Below, piece after piece: positions 1 through 12,699 of a stretch of 64,000 bases of DNA. Under the pieces are notes generated by a model. That model saw nothing but the letters and a program-made list of their open reading frames with translations. It was not told where the DNA came from and made no database searches. Source of the stretch: Lama glama (lineage: Eukaryota); the NCBI GenBank assembly GCA_028534125.1, contig CM052839.1, forward strand, positions 7,254,001-7,318,000. Reading direction: 5' to 3'. Each line of letters begins with the position of its first letter. Positions within the stretch are counted from its first letter, which is position 1. Both the position numbers and the translations under genes were made by a program.

Positions 1-1458
1 GGTGAAATGGGCCTGTAACACTGTTTCTATATTATCCTTAACTGATTTCAGAGGCAGGAGTACCATAGCCTCATAAAATGAGTTGGTCATTTCTTCACTT
101 CTCCAGATCTGTATCTCAAAATACATTCCAGGCTGAACTACAGGAGAACATCTAGCCCAGTCTCCTGTTTCCTAAGCAGGCAAAATATCATCACTCTTTT
201 TCTATAGATGAGGCAATTGAGGCCCAAGAATAAATTTCTGAATGAGGTGGAATTGGAACCTGGGATGTTTTATCTGCCTTGGGTCTATAACTTCTAGATC
301 TGACCAGAAAAACAATAACCAGTGACCAGAATAATAAGGAGCTTTTAAGTAATACTGCATAATAGTAAAATAACATTGCAAATTTCCAAAGTTCATTTAT
401 TGATCAGTTTTTTTCTTTCAGACTCAGAACACATTTTCCCATAGAAATAAACAAGTTGGTTGGGTTCAGGTTGCCTACCTCCTCGTATCACCCATCATCC
501 CCACACTGTGATGTATTTCCCCTAATCTAACTCAATCTTCCAACTGAACTTGATCTTTCAAGCTCTTCCACTGTGACTTCTGTGCTCAACATCTGTCATC
601 AACCTTATATGCCCAGCCTCTTCTCTGATGTTCCTTTCCTAGGCCTTACTGAAACCTGGCTGTCTTGGAGGACACGCCTCCCCAGCAGCCCTCTTAATAA
701 AGGCTTATTTTTGGTCTTATTTCATATACCTTGTAGTCTGGAGCTGGAGGATTGCTCCTCAATACTACTTCTAGACCATTATTCTTCCTTCATCCTTCAA
801 AGTCGTTTGCTCCGTTGACATTCATTCTGGAAGTGTAGCCCCCACTTTCTCTAATTGTTGCTGGGCTTTTCCAGCCTGGTCCTTCCCCCACATTCACTGA
901 CAAGTTTAGCGCCTGGCTCATCATCTTCCTCTTTACACCTATGGTCTTATCATCATTGCTGTTGAGTTAAAAAACCATCAGGGTGCTTCAGCTAATTGCA
1001 GCCTCTCAGCCCTGAGTCTCTCATCTCCAATGATCGTTCTCTTCAGCATCCTCAGGCCCCCACCCTAGGCGTTGTCAGCTCCCAAAACACCCTCTTCCAA
1101 CATACTGAATTCAAGCCTCCCATCTCTGATGATCACCTCCTTCCTTCCCAGCTCATTTACTCATGTATCCCCACTCCTTTCACTTCCTGGAGACTTCAAA
1201 ACCATTGACTCCATCAGTTTTTCACTGTCTACTCATCTCTTTTTACATGTACTCTCCTTCTCACCCATTTTCTATCCCTGATCTGGCACATAATCACTCT
1301 CATGCAAATATCTTAAAAGCCCTTCTCTCTCTTTTTAGTTAAACTCCCACCCTGGTTAATTCCAACCATCCATCTAGTTGCTCCTTGCACCCAACTCTTT
1401 AATGGAAGGTTACTAGAGCAAAAAATCCACAGTGATGCTGACTGGTCACATCTGAAAT

Positions 1459-1838
1459 CAGAGGTTTTTTTGTTGTGTGTGTGTGCTTGTTAACTAGGAC
1501 CAATTTTGCCTGTCCTCTCACTGGGATGTTTGGCAATGTCTGGAGACATTTTTGTTTTGTTTGAGGGGGGGTAATTAGGTTTATTTATTTATTTATTTTT
1601 AATGGAGATACTGGGGATTGAATCCAGGACCTCATGCATGCTAAGCATGTGCTCTGCCACTGAGCTATACCCTCCCCTCGGAGGCATTTTTGATTGTCAC
1701 ATTGTGTGGGGGAGTTCTACTGGCATGAACTCAGTAGAAGTTAGGGATGTTTCAAATATCCTGTGATGCACGGGACAGTCACCCATAACAAAGAATCATC
1801 TGGCCCCAAGGACCAGTAGTGCTGAGGTTGAAATCCTG
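1459..1838. mobile_element. MER20-like hAT-Charlie DNA transposon, interrupted by a SINE
   Basis: Diagnostic stretches CAATTTTGCC, TTTGGCAATGTCTGGAGACATTTTTG, ACAAAGAATCATCTGGCCCCAA and GTGCTGAGGTTGA; CAG...CTG ends. Confidence 0.75.
1555..1679 (-). mobile_element. tRNA-derived SINE (camelid-type) with 13-bp target-site duplication
   Basis: Minus strand GGGGAGGGTATAGCTCAGTGG (A box), GGATTCAATCCCCAG (B box), (TAAA)n tail. TSD GGAGACATTTTTG 1542-1554 / GGAGGCATTTTTG 1680-1692. Confidence 0.85.
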
Positions 1839-2040
1839 CTCTAAATTAATACAAGTCTCAAAGGGACAATCGACACAGGGTCTTAGCATTTACTGTTCCC
1901 TCTGCCTATAACATGGTTCTCTCATGGCTGGCTCATTATTTAACAGTTCCTTCCTAGAAAGGTCTCCCTGACCTCACTCTGAAGTGGACCCAAACTCAAC
2001 ACATTACCCTGTTTTATTGCCTTCAAATATGCACCATTTT

Positions 2041-2118
2041 TTTGTGTCTTTATTATCTTCTTCCTCCCTTTAGAGTCTAGAGTTTGTGTCTTTATTACCT
2101 TCTTCCTCCCTTTAGAGT
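2041..2118. repeat. 36-bp direct duplication, period 42
   Basis: TTTGTGTCTTTATTA(T/C)CTTCTTCCTCCCTTTAGAGT at 2041-2076 and 2083-2118. Confidence 0.9.
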
Positions 2119-4389
2119 TACACGAGTGCAGCATTCTTACTGTCTTGTGTACAGCCCCAGTATCAAGCATGGTGCCTAGTACATTACATAAGCACTCAGA
2201 AAATTATTGAACAAGTGGATGAAAATTTGGTTAATTTGCAATTCATTCATTTATCAAATATGTATCAGTGCTGAGACCCAACACATTGCTGCTGTCTTGG
2301 AACTTACAGTACAGTGGGGAGATTGACAATGCATCAGTAACCACGCGAAGTAAATAGTTTCAAACTATGATAAGAGCTTTGGAAATAAAGTACAGGTAGT
2401 GGCGCGAGCATTCAGCAGGTGATCTGACTCAGTGTGGGGTGCGGTGGTCAGGCCAGGCTTCCTAGATGTGATATTGGAGCTGACAGCTGGAGGATGAGTC
2501 AGTTAGCTGGGTAGAGGAAGGTTGGGTGGGGGAGTTGATGGAGAAGAGCACCCAGGCACGAAGAACAGAGAACAGGGTGCAAAGGCACTTTTGTTGGGAA
2601 GGAGCGTTGTAAAGTTCAGGTGGTGCGGTTGATGCCCAGAGTCTGGTAAGCCATAGTATGGCATTTATTTGCTAAATCCAGCAGAGTAATAGGAGCAAAA
2701 GAGTGCCATTGGATGATTTGAAGGATTTTAAGTAGGAAGTGACACGATCTAAGTTTATTGGGGAACAAACAGTCATTTCTGAAGGACAAACAGGGAAGCG
2801 GGGAGATTGGTTCGGAGGCAGTTGCAGCACCCAGGGAAGAGGTGATGGCGACTTGGCCTGAAGTGATCTCAGTGAGCTTGGAGAGAAGCTGGATATACTT
2901 AAGTAATTAGAAGCATGGAATCTCAGAGCTGGAAGCACTTTTTTAAAAAGTAGAAAAATTAAAATGAATAATAGAGCTCACTAAAATCTGTGTTTTATAG
3001 AAAAGTAGGTTAATTAGCTTAGCACGAAGGGCCTGTTCATATTTTTATTGTATAAAAGAAGGAAAGATTTACAGAAAAATGTCTGAGTGGGAGGAGCAAA
3101 GATGAGAAATACGAAGAGAGCTGAGGTGAAAAAAGGAGAGAGAGAAATTAAACGAGGGAGGGAAACAGTAAGAACGGTGTGTGAGCCTGTGAGCCTGAGA
3201 GGTGTCAGGAGGTTGGAGGAGAGGTAGATTGGGAGGAAACTGGATAAGAAGGGGGTGGCTGTGATGTGCACACAGGAAGATGCAAAGAAAGACTACTTGG
3301 TGATGCTGAGCTCAAGGGGCTGGGAGATAGGGTCCAGAAGAGTGTCCAGAGGTAGACTAAAAGAGAGGGAAATGAAATAAACGGAAAAGACAGGAAGGGG
3401 AAATGGTAACAGATGAGGGGGGAATGAGTCAACAGGGGATGCTTGGAGGAGATGTCGGGAGGAAGGATGGGGTCATAGCTTGAGGAGAGCGAGAGAGATG
3501 AGACCGGAGGATGAGGTGGGAATCCCAGGGCTGAATTAAAGGCCACATTAGAGCCAGATGTTCCAGAGGACAGAGCGGTGAGATGGTGGGAGAGCGCACA
3601 CAAAGAGGCAGGTCCAGGCTTAGAATGAAGGAGAGAAATGTGTGCATGGCTGGAGGAGGAGGAAGAGGGAAAGGTGGAGGACAGGTCTGGAAAGACTCCA
3701 ATGGAGGGAAATGATGGGTGTGGCTAAGACTCTGACCCAGGCCTTAATCTGCTCCCCACCCTCTGGCGACGGCTTCCGACCTCATTGGGTTCTTCTGCTA
3801 CAAGGACTCGGGGCGGGATGGGATAGCGACCACTGGGAGGTGGGGTGCCAACGGCCCCGACATTAAGTCATGTCAAGCAGGGATCAGAATAGGGGGCCAA
3901 GAAGACGGGGAGAGGGGCGGGTTGGGAGCACCACGCCTGGAAGCCGGGTGTTTGCTGGAGCGCAGGGTAGGAGGGAGACGGACAGCGGCGAGGCGTGGGT
4001 TGGTGCTGGGGCAGTGGCGCTGGCAGTGGGGACCCCAACAATGCTGCTGAAGTGGGACTGGACCCAGGGCTTCTGAAGGTGGGACGGCTAGGAGAGGAGA
4101 CTGAAAAGAAAAAGAGTAGAGCAGAGGGTGGGGGCGAAAGTATAGTGGGACAAAGGGCACCCAAGTGGAAACCGAGAGTCCCTGCTGAGGGCGGGGTGGG
4201 GGGAAAGGCGGGGCCAAGACTGGCCAGGGGCATCCTCCCCCTCCCCTCGCCCCCCCACCCCCCAGCTCCTGCTCCGCAGAGTTCCTGGCGCACTTGTTGG
4301 GGGAGAGGGAAAGGGACATTTTGGTGCCCGAGGGACTTCGAGTCCAGAGGGGCTTTCACTGAGCTTGGGACTTCCGAGAAGACTCCGCC

Positions 4390-4645
4390 TCCTCCCCACC
4401 TGCGGTAAAAGCCTGGCAAGTGAAGGGGCGTGACCCTGGTGCTCAGGTTTCTTCCTCTTCACCTGGGCCTGGAGGGGTAGGGACCAGGACTTCCGGCTCA
4501 GGTGAGTGTCCCTTCGGTGACGTCAGGTCACCCTTGGCCGCCCCTCCGGCCCCTCCCTACTCGCGCTCCCGGTGCCTGCGGGGGCGCGCCCCCACCGCCC
4601 TACATATACTCAGGTGCGCCGCACCTGTCCGCCCGCACCTGCCCG
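4390..4645 (+). promoter_or_regulatory. CLDN7 CpG-island promoter with six CAGGTG/CACCTG E-boxes, a CRE and a TATA-like element
   Basis: E-boxes at 4397, 4460, 4499, 4611, 4622 and 4636. TGACGTCA at 4518-4525. TACATATAC at 4601-4609. Possible upstream non-coding exon donor CAG|GTGAGT at 4501/4502. Confidence 0.7.
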
Positions 4646-4987
4646 CTCACCGCTGAACGACCTCACCCTCGCACTGCAGCCTCGGGCCGACAGCTCAGGG
4701 TACTTTGGGGACTTCAAGCACCCGGGGCCGCACCCGTACGGCCCCTTCGCCTTTTGTTTGGGAAGGGTCGCGGAGCGCGCCGGAGGGAGCCGCCTGGCCT
4801 TCGCGGATCGCTTTTGTTGACCACCAGTCCTGATCCCTCGGCTGTGAGACCCTTGCCCCGCCGGAGGGGTGGATTTGTGTTTACTTTGGTGACAAGATTT
4901 GCAGGCACTCGACCGAAAACTTTTTTAGCTCTTTGGGTGACTTAAAACACCCACGCCCGGAGCCCCCCGTCTCTTTTGAGGGCGGAA

Positions 4988-6673
4988 ATGGCCAATTCGG
5001 GCCTGCAGCTGCTGGGCTTTTCCATGGCTCTTCTGGGCTGGGTGGGCCTGGTGGCGTGCACCGCCATCCCGCAGTGGCAGATGAGCTCGTACGCGGGCGA
5101 CAATATCATCACGGCTCAGGCCATGTACAAGGGGCTGTGGATGGACTGCGTCACCCAGAGCACCGGCATGATGAGCTGCAAAATGTACGACTCGGTGCTC
5201 GCCCTGTCGGGTAAGGCCGCGGGACCGACGGGCCGGACGCGCCCAGGGCCGTGGTCGCGGGTGGGTGCGGGGCCAGGCCCGAGGTCCCATGGCCTGACGC
5301 CCTGGGTTGCGGGGGAGTCAGGGTGGTGGGGGTGGAGAGGAGGAAGCGTAAGCGTCGCGCCCGGACGGTGCGGCTGGGCCGCGGGGCTGGTGCCCTGGGT
5401 CTGCACGTGCGCGCGCCGCGGGCTGGCTGTGCCCCTCTTCATCCCCGGACTTGGCGGCAGGCGACCCTGTACCTTCCCGGGAAGCTGAGTCCTGGGGCGG
5501 GGCCTTCCCCTCTCCCCCTACCGCGAGGAGGCTACGGCCTCCATCTCCCGCCCTTTTCGCGGACAAAAGGCGGCACAGGCCGTGGGGTCGGACCGAGGGC
5601 CGAGGAGCCGTGCTCCCCGTAAGATCTGGACTGCCGCCTGCGGCTTCTAATCTAATCGGCCGATTAGCTGAAGCCACAAACCGTGGCCTCGATAGTGGGG
5701 TCAGAGCTGGCAGGAAGGCCGGGCTCTGCAGCCGGTGCTGGGGTTTCTGCCACCGCCTCGGCTACTCTTCGCTGTCCCTTTTCACCCTTCCCCCTTCCCG
5801 AGGCAGTTTCATCGAAACCCTGGCGCCCCGGGCGGATCCTAGAGCCGAGGGGGCGGGGCAGAGCGGGAAGGCCGCGGAGTTCGGAGGGGGCGGGATCCAC
5901 CCGCTCCGGCCTGCAGCTTGGACGCCGAAGGGGCCTCAGGCCGTGGCGTGTGGGCGCGGCCGGCGATTCAGAGGCTGGAGCTGCCTGAGGGCCGCTCGCT
6001 TTTCCAGCAACGACGGCATCCTTTCCCTTTACCCGCAGCGGCCTTGCAGGCCACCCGAGCCCTAATGGTGGTCTCCCTGGTGCTTGGCTTCCTGGCCATG
6101 TTCGTGGCCACCATGGGCATGAAATGTACAAACTGTGGGGGAGATGACAAAGTGAAGAAGGCCCGTATAGCTATGACTGGAGGCATCATTTTCATCTTGG
6201 CAGGTGAGCAACAGGTCCAAAGTGGGCCCGAGGAGTCTCTTCTTGCCCATCTTGGAGGGGTGAGGGTGGGCACAGTGCTGGTTTGGCCGGGGGGGGGGGC
6301 ACAAGATCTGAATCCCCTTCTCTCTCCAGGTCTTTGTGCCTTGATAGCTTGCTCCTGGTATGGCCACCAGATAGTCACAGACTTTTATGACCCCACGGTC
6401 CCCACGAATGTTAAGTAAGTATAGGAGTCCTGCCTAAGGGGACAGGTCTGGGGTCCTGAGATCAGGAGAGGCAGGCCAGGGTTTCTGACCGCAATTCCCT
6501 CTCTTCACAGGTACGAGTTTGGTCCTGCCATCTTCATTGGCTGGGCAGGATCCTCTCTGACCCTTCTGGGAGGTGCACTGCTCTCTTGCTCCTGTCCTGG
6601 GAGTGAGAGCAAAACTGGGTATCGTGCACCTCGCTCCTACCCTAAGCCCAACTCGGCCAAGGAGTACGTGTGA
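4988..6673 (+). CDS. CLDN7: Claudin-7, 4 coding exons: 4988-5210, 6039-6203, 6330-6414, 6511-6673 (636 nt, 211 aa)
   Basis: [18 protein letters not shown]...GLWMDC claudin signature. All introns GT-AG and frame-consistent. C-terminal AKEYV* PDZ-binding motif. AATAAA at 6868-6873. Confidence 0.98.
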
Positions 6674-7390
6674 GCTGGACGCCTTGCCCCAGCCTGGCAG
6701 CCTATAGGCGTGCCCAGACATCTAGAAGGAACTGGGGCAGAGAGCTCAGCCCATGGGCAGGGCGCGGAGCAGAAGCCTGCGGTCACTCCAGCCCAGCACA
6801 CCATGTACAGTTCCCTGGGGGGTTGGGTGGGGGAGACAAAATGGGGAGGATGTGCTTTTTGTACAGTAATAAAAGTATGTTTTGGAAAGTAGGCTTTTTT
6901 TTCCCCCTCCAGGGCATCTGCTTTCTCCCAACCCAGATCCTTGCAGGGAGCCTAGAACCTAAAGTGCAACTAGTTCAGTTAAAAAAACACTTAGTGAGCA
7001 CCAATGGTGTGCAAGGCTGTCCCAGCTCCACCATTTCAGTCACTCAGACCCCAGCATTTTGACCTTTGACCCTGAAAGACTCTGGCTCTAAGCTCTTGCT
7101 TAGCTACTGAACAGTTTTTGTTTTTAATTAAAAAAATAAAGATTTTTATTAGGCTTAGGGGTGGTGGTGTTCCTAGTCCCTCACCTTCCCTTATGCCCCC
7201 ATCCCACTTTCTGTCCTCATTGGAAGCTGTTCCCAGGCTCATGGGTCACAGGGCAGGGTCTCCATAGACATAGGGAACACAGATGGGGGACAGACAGGGT
7301 AAGGCCAATGCAAACAATGGAAGGATGGTTATGGGCCCAAGGTTTCCCTCTTCCCTTTCCAATTACAGTCTGGTCAAATGTCCTGGCCAG

Positions 7391-10300
7391 TCAAACATCT
7401 AGGTCATCATCTGGGTCTTCTTGGTCCAAGTCATCATAAGTGTCTGGCTCATAGAAGATGTGGCTGGTAGCCTGGCCTGGCCCAGGGCGCAGTAGAGCCT
7501 GCTGTCTGAGGAGAGAGAAGGGGAGAATTGGTGGTGCCGGTAAGGGTGGGTAACAGTTCATGTCCCCTTTCCTCATGACTTTGACTCCCTCTTTAGCCTC
7601 CATGTTTTCTTGGTCTCCGTGCCTTTGTCTGACCTTGTTCAGTTAGCACTGAAGCAACACTTGGTACAGAAACAGATACTCTTACATGGCTCTCCTAATA
7701 ACACCCTAAGTTCTTAGCAGCTTGAGGGCAAGGATTGTGCAGTAGTCTTGCTTCACCCGCCCACACACTGGGCACAGAACAGGTATCTACTAAGCCCTTA
7801 TTAACCCGCCCCTGCCATACCCATCCGGCTTCCTGTGCTCCTGGCACCACTGCCTGGACATAGGGCCACTGCCCCAGGGTCTGTTCTGGTTCAGCCCAGG
7901 CCCTGATTACTCTGGGGACAACTGTGGAGCTGGGACCCAAGGCTCTAATGGAGAGAAAGGAAACATAAAGGCCCTTTGCCATTGCTGGGGTTTGGGTGGG
8001 TAGAGAACCACTCCCCAGACTTGTCTCTGGAGGTGGACTTCAGTCTCTATAAAAGTCTGAGAGGTTAATCAACAACCTGCTATGGCCCCACCTCTCAGGC
8101 CAGTTGTTGGCCTCAACTCGGGACCCAGGCACCAAGGTCCCAACCTTACTTTTCCGAGCTGAACTGGAAGGGCAGGGCCAGGCTATCTTTGGCTTCTCTC
8201 TCTTTCTTGGACAGGCGAAGATTGAAAGTCAAATGATTTGTGGGGTCCACCTGTAGAAACAAAGTTTGCTACCACTCTGCCATGTAGCTGGAATCCTTGA
8301 CTGCCCCCCCACCCCATCTCTGCAGTTTTTATCCTCTTTTCTCCTTTTTCCAGACCCCAAACTCCATTCCCTTGTTCTGGCTTGGCTCTCTTAGATACCG
8401 GGGGTGTGTGAGGATCTGGTTGGGGCTGGGGCTCTAGCAGGGGACCCCCTTGGAGATCCAGGCTGAAGTCAGGAAGGATGGAGAACCACTGAGTCTGGGG
8501 AGAAGAAAGAAAAGTATTAAAGTTTTTTCCACCTTACCAAGCAAACCAGAAAGAACCAGGACTTGCCACCCCAGCTCCCCACCACCTATGTAACCAGCTG
8601 TTTCTGGCTCTTGCTTTTCACACCTCCAAACCGCTCCACAGTGACTTGTTCCTCATCCCCCACGCCCACCCCAGGAACCACTCCCAGCCTTTTCTTCTCT
8701 TCCGTTTCCTGGAAGGCAATGTCTTTCATTGGTTAAGCTCACAGAATCCAAGTTTCCCAGGCTACAAAATAGGGATAAGAAAATAATCGACCTCTCAGGG
8801 CAGCTGTGGACATTAAAGCAGGAAAGAAAGCCCAGGGAAGTGCTCAATCACATCAGCTATTTTACCGCTCTTTCTCTGACCCCAGCCTCCAGTCCTCCCC
8901 TGCTGCTCCTGACCTGGTGAGTCGGGTGCTGTCGGGGCCTTCGATAGAGGATGTGGGCTGAGGCCTGGCCCATCGCCCCGCTCAGGGTCACCTCGGCCTG
9001 AGCAAGGCTGCTCAACGTTCTCACAGGGCCTGGGCCATGAAGCTCTTCATGAAGCAGGCCCAGCACACGCACCTGCTTTCCTGGGGAGGGACAAGAAATG
9101 TAGTGCATAGAGGGCAGCATGGCATACTCAGGGTGGAGGCCTGGAATAAAATAGTGAAGAGGGAAAAAGGAAGGAGAGGCCTACATTCAATCAGAGCTCT
9201 GCCATGATCCTGACTGACTGGGGCCAGTTTCACTGCCCTGCTCTGAGCCTCTTTCAGCCTTTACCTTTGATACACTTTCTTATTCCAACGTGTGTCAAAT
9301 CAAGGCACTGCTCTGACCTCATTCCTCAGGAGCAACTCAAAGCCTCCAGGGTGAAACTCACACTTTCAGCATCTCTACTTTCCACCCTCATCTTTTACAC
9401 ACTGTACCACCTGCAGTGTTTGGACCCTGCCAAGATACCAGTCAGTGCCTCGGATTCCCTTCTTCCCTCCCTTTTTAGTCACATTTACAGTGTCAGGCTC
9501 TGCACTAAATACTTGCATTTTTAGTTGAACCCTATGAAATTGCTGACATTTGATCATATCTGACCCACAAAAACAGCAATTCCAAGTGGTTCATTCTAAC
9601 ACTATAAACTCCCCATCTCTCCCGACTTCTACAGAGAAAACTGAAGCACTGAAAGGCCAAGCACTTTTACACAAAGCTGGGTGTCAGACTGTAGAGCCCA
9701 TTCCAGTACCCACCGTACTTTAGGGCTAGTCCCCGTGCTCCTGGCTGGACAAATTGGCCTGGCTGACCCCTTGCTCTTCAAGACATTCCTTCCTTAAGGT
9801 ACTCAGTGCATATTCCTTTATCACCATGGTCCTTATCAGACTATCTTTTAAATACTTGTTTACTTATCTGTACCCTTCATAGGACTTTGAGCTCCTGGAA
9901 GGCAAGGACCTGACTACAGTTAGCCTGCCTTTTCTCATTATCTCAAATTGACACACTATAGGTATTTAATGTTTGTTGACTGAATGAATGAAATGAATGA
10001 GTAAAAAAGAACTTGGAAAAGAAGAAAAGAGTGACTGGTAGATAGTATTATGGAGAAATCAAGAATTAGAATAAAGGTTAAAGAGATGGAAGAGGGCCTG
10101 AATGGAGATCCCTGATAAGTTTTGTCTTAGGGAGAAAGGGGCACATTCCTTGGCCGGGAAAATGTATGAAGGGAAGTAACAAAGGAGGAGCCTCACCAGG
10201 GCAGGGGTCCTGCCGGCTCAGAGCATGCAGAGCCTGGCAGAGTGTGGTGCAGGGAAGGTGAAGCAGCAGCCAGCTGAGGGAATCAAGAGCAACGGTGATA

Positions 10301-12662
10301 GGGCCAGGATCTGTCCTCCCGCACAGGGCTCTCAAGGCTTCCAGGGGGCCCCCAGGAAGGGCTTCCCCAGTCTTCGACCAGTTAAGAGGGTCTCTAAAGA
10401 GGTCATGGTAAACCAGCCTGCAGAAGCAAAATAAGAAGCGTCATTAGATTGCCCTCCACAGCCCCCAGTCTTGAACTTCAGCTTCTGATCTTTCGATCTT
10501 TGTGGCTGTTTTCTTGATTTTCACCAATATCCTATATATTAGTGAGAAGTTTCTATTTATTTATTTTTCAGGGGTGGGGGTGGGTGGGCAGTAATTAGGT
10601 TTACTTAGCCACACCCCCCCTGAGGTTTTTACTGAAAGGTAGAATATAGTGATTAAGAGCACAGACTTTGGTGTCAAACAGCCCCAAGTGCCAAGCTTGG
10701 TTTTGCTACTTACTCAAGGTCACCTAACTGATACACTGCTTTCATCTCTTTGAGACTTGGTTTCTTCATTTGTAAAATAAGAATACCAACCTCTTGATTT
10801 TGAGCATAGTGCTTGACACATACCACATGCTTGATAAACGTTAACTATCATCATTGTCAAATATCTCCCAAGTGGTGCCTCAAGCATGTCATTCTCTGGA
10901 TGGATTAAGAGAAAGGGCCTGATACATGGTTCCTGCCTGTAGAACAGCTTAGAGAAGGTCCAGAATGAAGTCCTGCGGTACTAATTACAGATAAAATGGC
11001 AATTCAGGAAGACACTGGCAAGGACCAGAAATCCTGGGAAAGCTTTACAGTGGCAAACTTGTTCCCAGACACCTACTTTCTAGCTTCTGCTTGTCTTGTG
11101 AATGCCATCTTAACATACAGCAACACCTCTCTCAAAGTAGCTGATACAAAATTATGGCTCAACAGACATGTAAACTATCATTATCCTCTTACCTACCCAG
11201 GCTGGGAGGTAATCGTTCTTAACCAGCCAACATAGGTGGGTTCAGGAACTTCCTGATCTGGGTGATTTCCTCTACCCCACATTAGTCTAAAAATCCTGGA
11301 AATTCCACCTGCTAAAGTCCTTTTACATTTGTTGTAAACTTTCCTTTCTACTGCCGCTGCCTTAAGCAAGGCCTCTGTCACCTACCAGATTCATCAGAAC
11401 AGGAATCATGTCTGCTTCATTCACTGCTCTGTCTCCAGTGCCTAGCACAGCTCCTGGTTCACAACTAGTACACACACCCCCGAGTGAACCTGGATTACTG
11501 CAAGAGCCTTCCTATCTGGTCTGTCTATGTCCAGGCTACTGCCTCCCAACCCATTCTCCACGATGTGGTCACCGGACAAGTCTTTCTAACAGGTATGATG
11601 TTATTACTTTCCTACCAAGTTTTCAAATGACTCCCCACCGCCTTTAGGAGAGTATCTCTAAACTACTCTTCATGCTCTGTAAGACCTGTCACTACCAGGT
11701 GCCTCTTTCTGTCTGACCTCAAGAAGCTCTTCCATCTCCCATGAGCAAGTATGCCTTCCATACCTCCCCAATTTTGCATAAACTGATCCCTCTGCCTGTA
11801 GGACAAGTCTCTGTGTAGCCTGCAGTTAGTGTTCATGCAAGTTTGGAATTCATGTCTGGATCACCAGATTCTGAATAACTCAAAAAGCAGAACATGTTTA
11901 TTTTTATCCTTCAGTTCAGCCTTTAATACTAAACCGTACTGTCGGTATTTTATTACTCTTTTCCTCTCATCTTCTATGGCCCTTGCTTCAGAGTCTCTAG
12001 ATACCACTCTTCATCATTCTTCTTACTAATTCTCACCTCCTGAAAGACCCATATCCATTCATTCAGTGAGTATTTAAGTAGCTGGTACTACGTACCAGGT
12101 TCTGCGCCTGTCGCTGTTAAGGGAAGTTCCTCAGCAAGAGAGATCCCAAATTCAATTAAATCTCTTCCAATTTGTACTCACCGACTGTTGATACTGGAGT
12201 CAAAACCTTCACGAAACTCTTCTTCGCTCACTTCACAGCCCAGGACGTGGACTTGCTCTCCACTGAGGCAGAGATCAAGGGGAGTGTCAAAAAGTGGGGC
12301 CCAGGCTCCCTCTCTGGGAGAACTGGGAGACGCTGGGGGATACTCACTACAGTGCTGATTTCTTGATAAGCGCCTTCAAGAGACTGCGCCCCTCCCACTC
12401 CACGGAGTCTGGGGAGAGTGAGAGACGGATAAACAGCTTGAGAACACTGAGGTTTTCACATTCACCGACCGGTCGTGACCTCCACCCCTGGCTTGTAACC
12501 CACGGCCCTTCTTCTCCACTTCCGCCCCTTGAGTCCCGCTCCAAAGCCCCTGTGTCTGTGACCCTCACCCCGTAGCAGCACCATGCCGCCAAGAGCCAAA
12601 AGCGACTCCAACATCTCCAACACGCTTTCCACCCCTCTTCCGACGCCCTCTGATGGCGTCAT
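7391..12662 (-). CDS. ELP5: Elongator complex protein 5, 8 coding exons: 12662-12569, 12408-12348, 12262-12182, 10417-10197, 9080-8914, 8494-8399, 8250-8150, 7505-7391 (936 nt, 311 aa; alternative start MLESLL at 12614)
   Basis: Translates MTPSEG...MLESLLALGGMVLLRDSVEWEGRSLLKAL...VDPTNHLTFNLRLS...YEPDTYDDLDQEDPDDDLDV*. GT-AG junctions in frame. Minus-strand AATAAA at 7145-7150. Confidence 0.96.
9520..9599. mobile_element. MADE2-like mariner-derived MITE (80-bp imperfect palindrome)
   Basis: TTAGTTGAACCCTATGAAATTGC ... GCAATTCCAAGTGGTTCATTCTAA inverted termini. Confidence 0.7.
10640..10855 (+). mobile_element. MIR SINE remnant in ELP5 intron 3
   Basis: GTGATTAAGAGCACAGACTTTGG...TTTCTTCATTTGTAAAAT core. 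Confidence 0.6.
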
Positions 12663-12699
12663 GGCCCACTGCCCCACCCCCTCCAAATGAAAGAGGCGG

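Larger units (their letters stand above)
480..2940. mobile_element. Ancient L2 fragments, both orientations, upstream of CLDN7
   Basis: CTTACTGAAACCTGGCT, TTCAAGCCTCCCATCTCTGAT and L2 3' ends (GCCTAGTACAT..AAGCACTCAG..TTGAAC; CATTCATTTATCAAATAT). Boundaries approximate. Confidence 0.5.

Noticed and set aside
1600-1679. tRNA-like A/B boxes
   Set aside because: SINE head with an A-rich tail and TSD, not a tRNA gene.
3868-6131. Many overlapping 100-200 aa ORFs around CLDN7
   Set aside because: Expected stop-codon scarcity in a CpG island; low-complexity P/G/R/A products.
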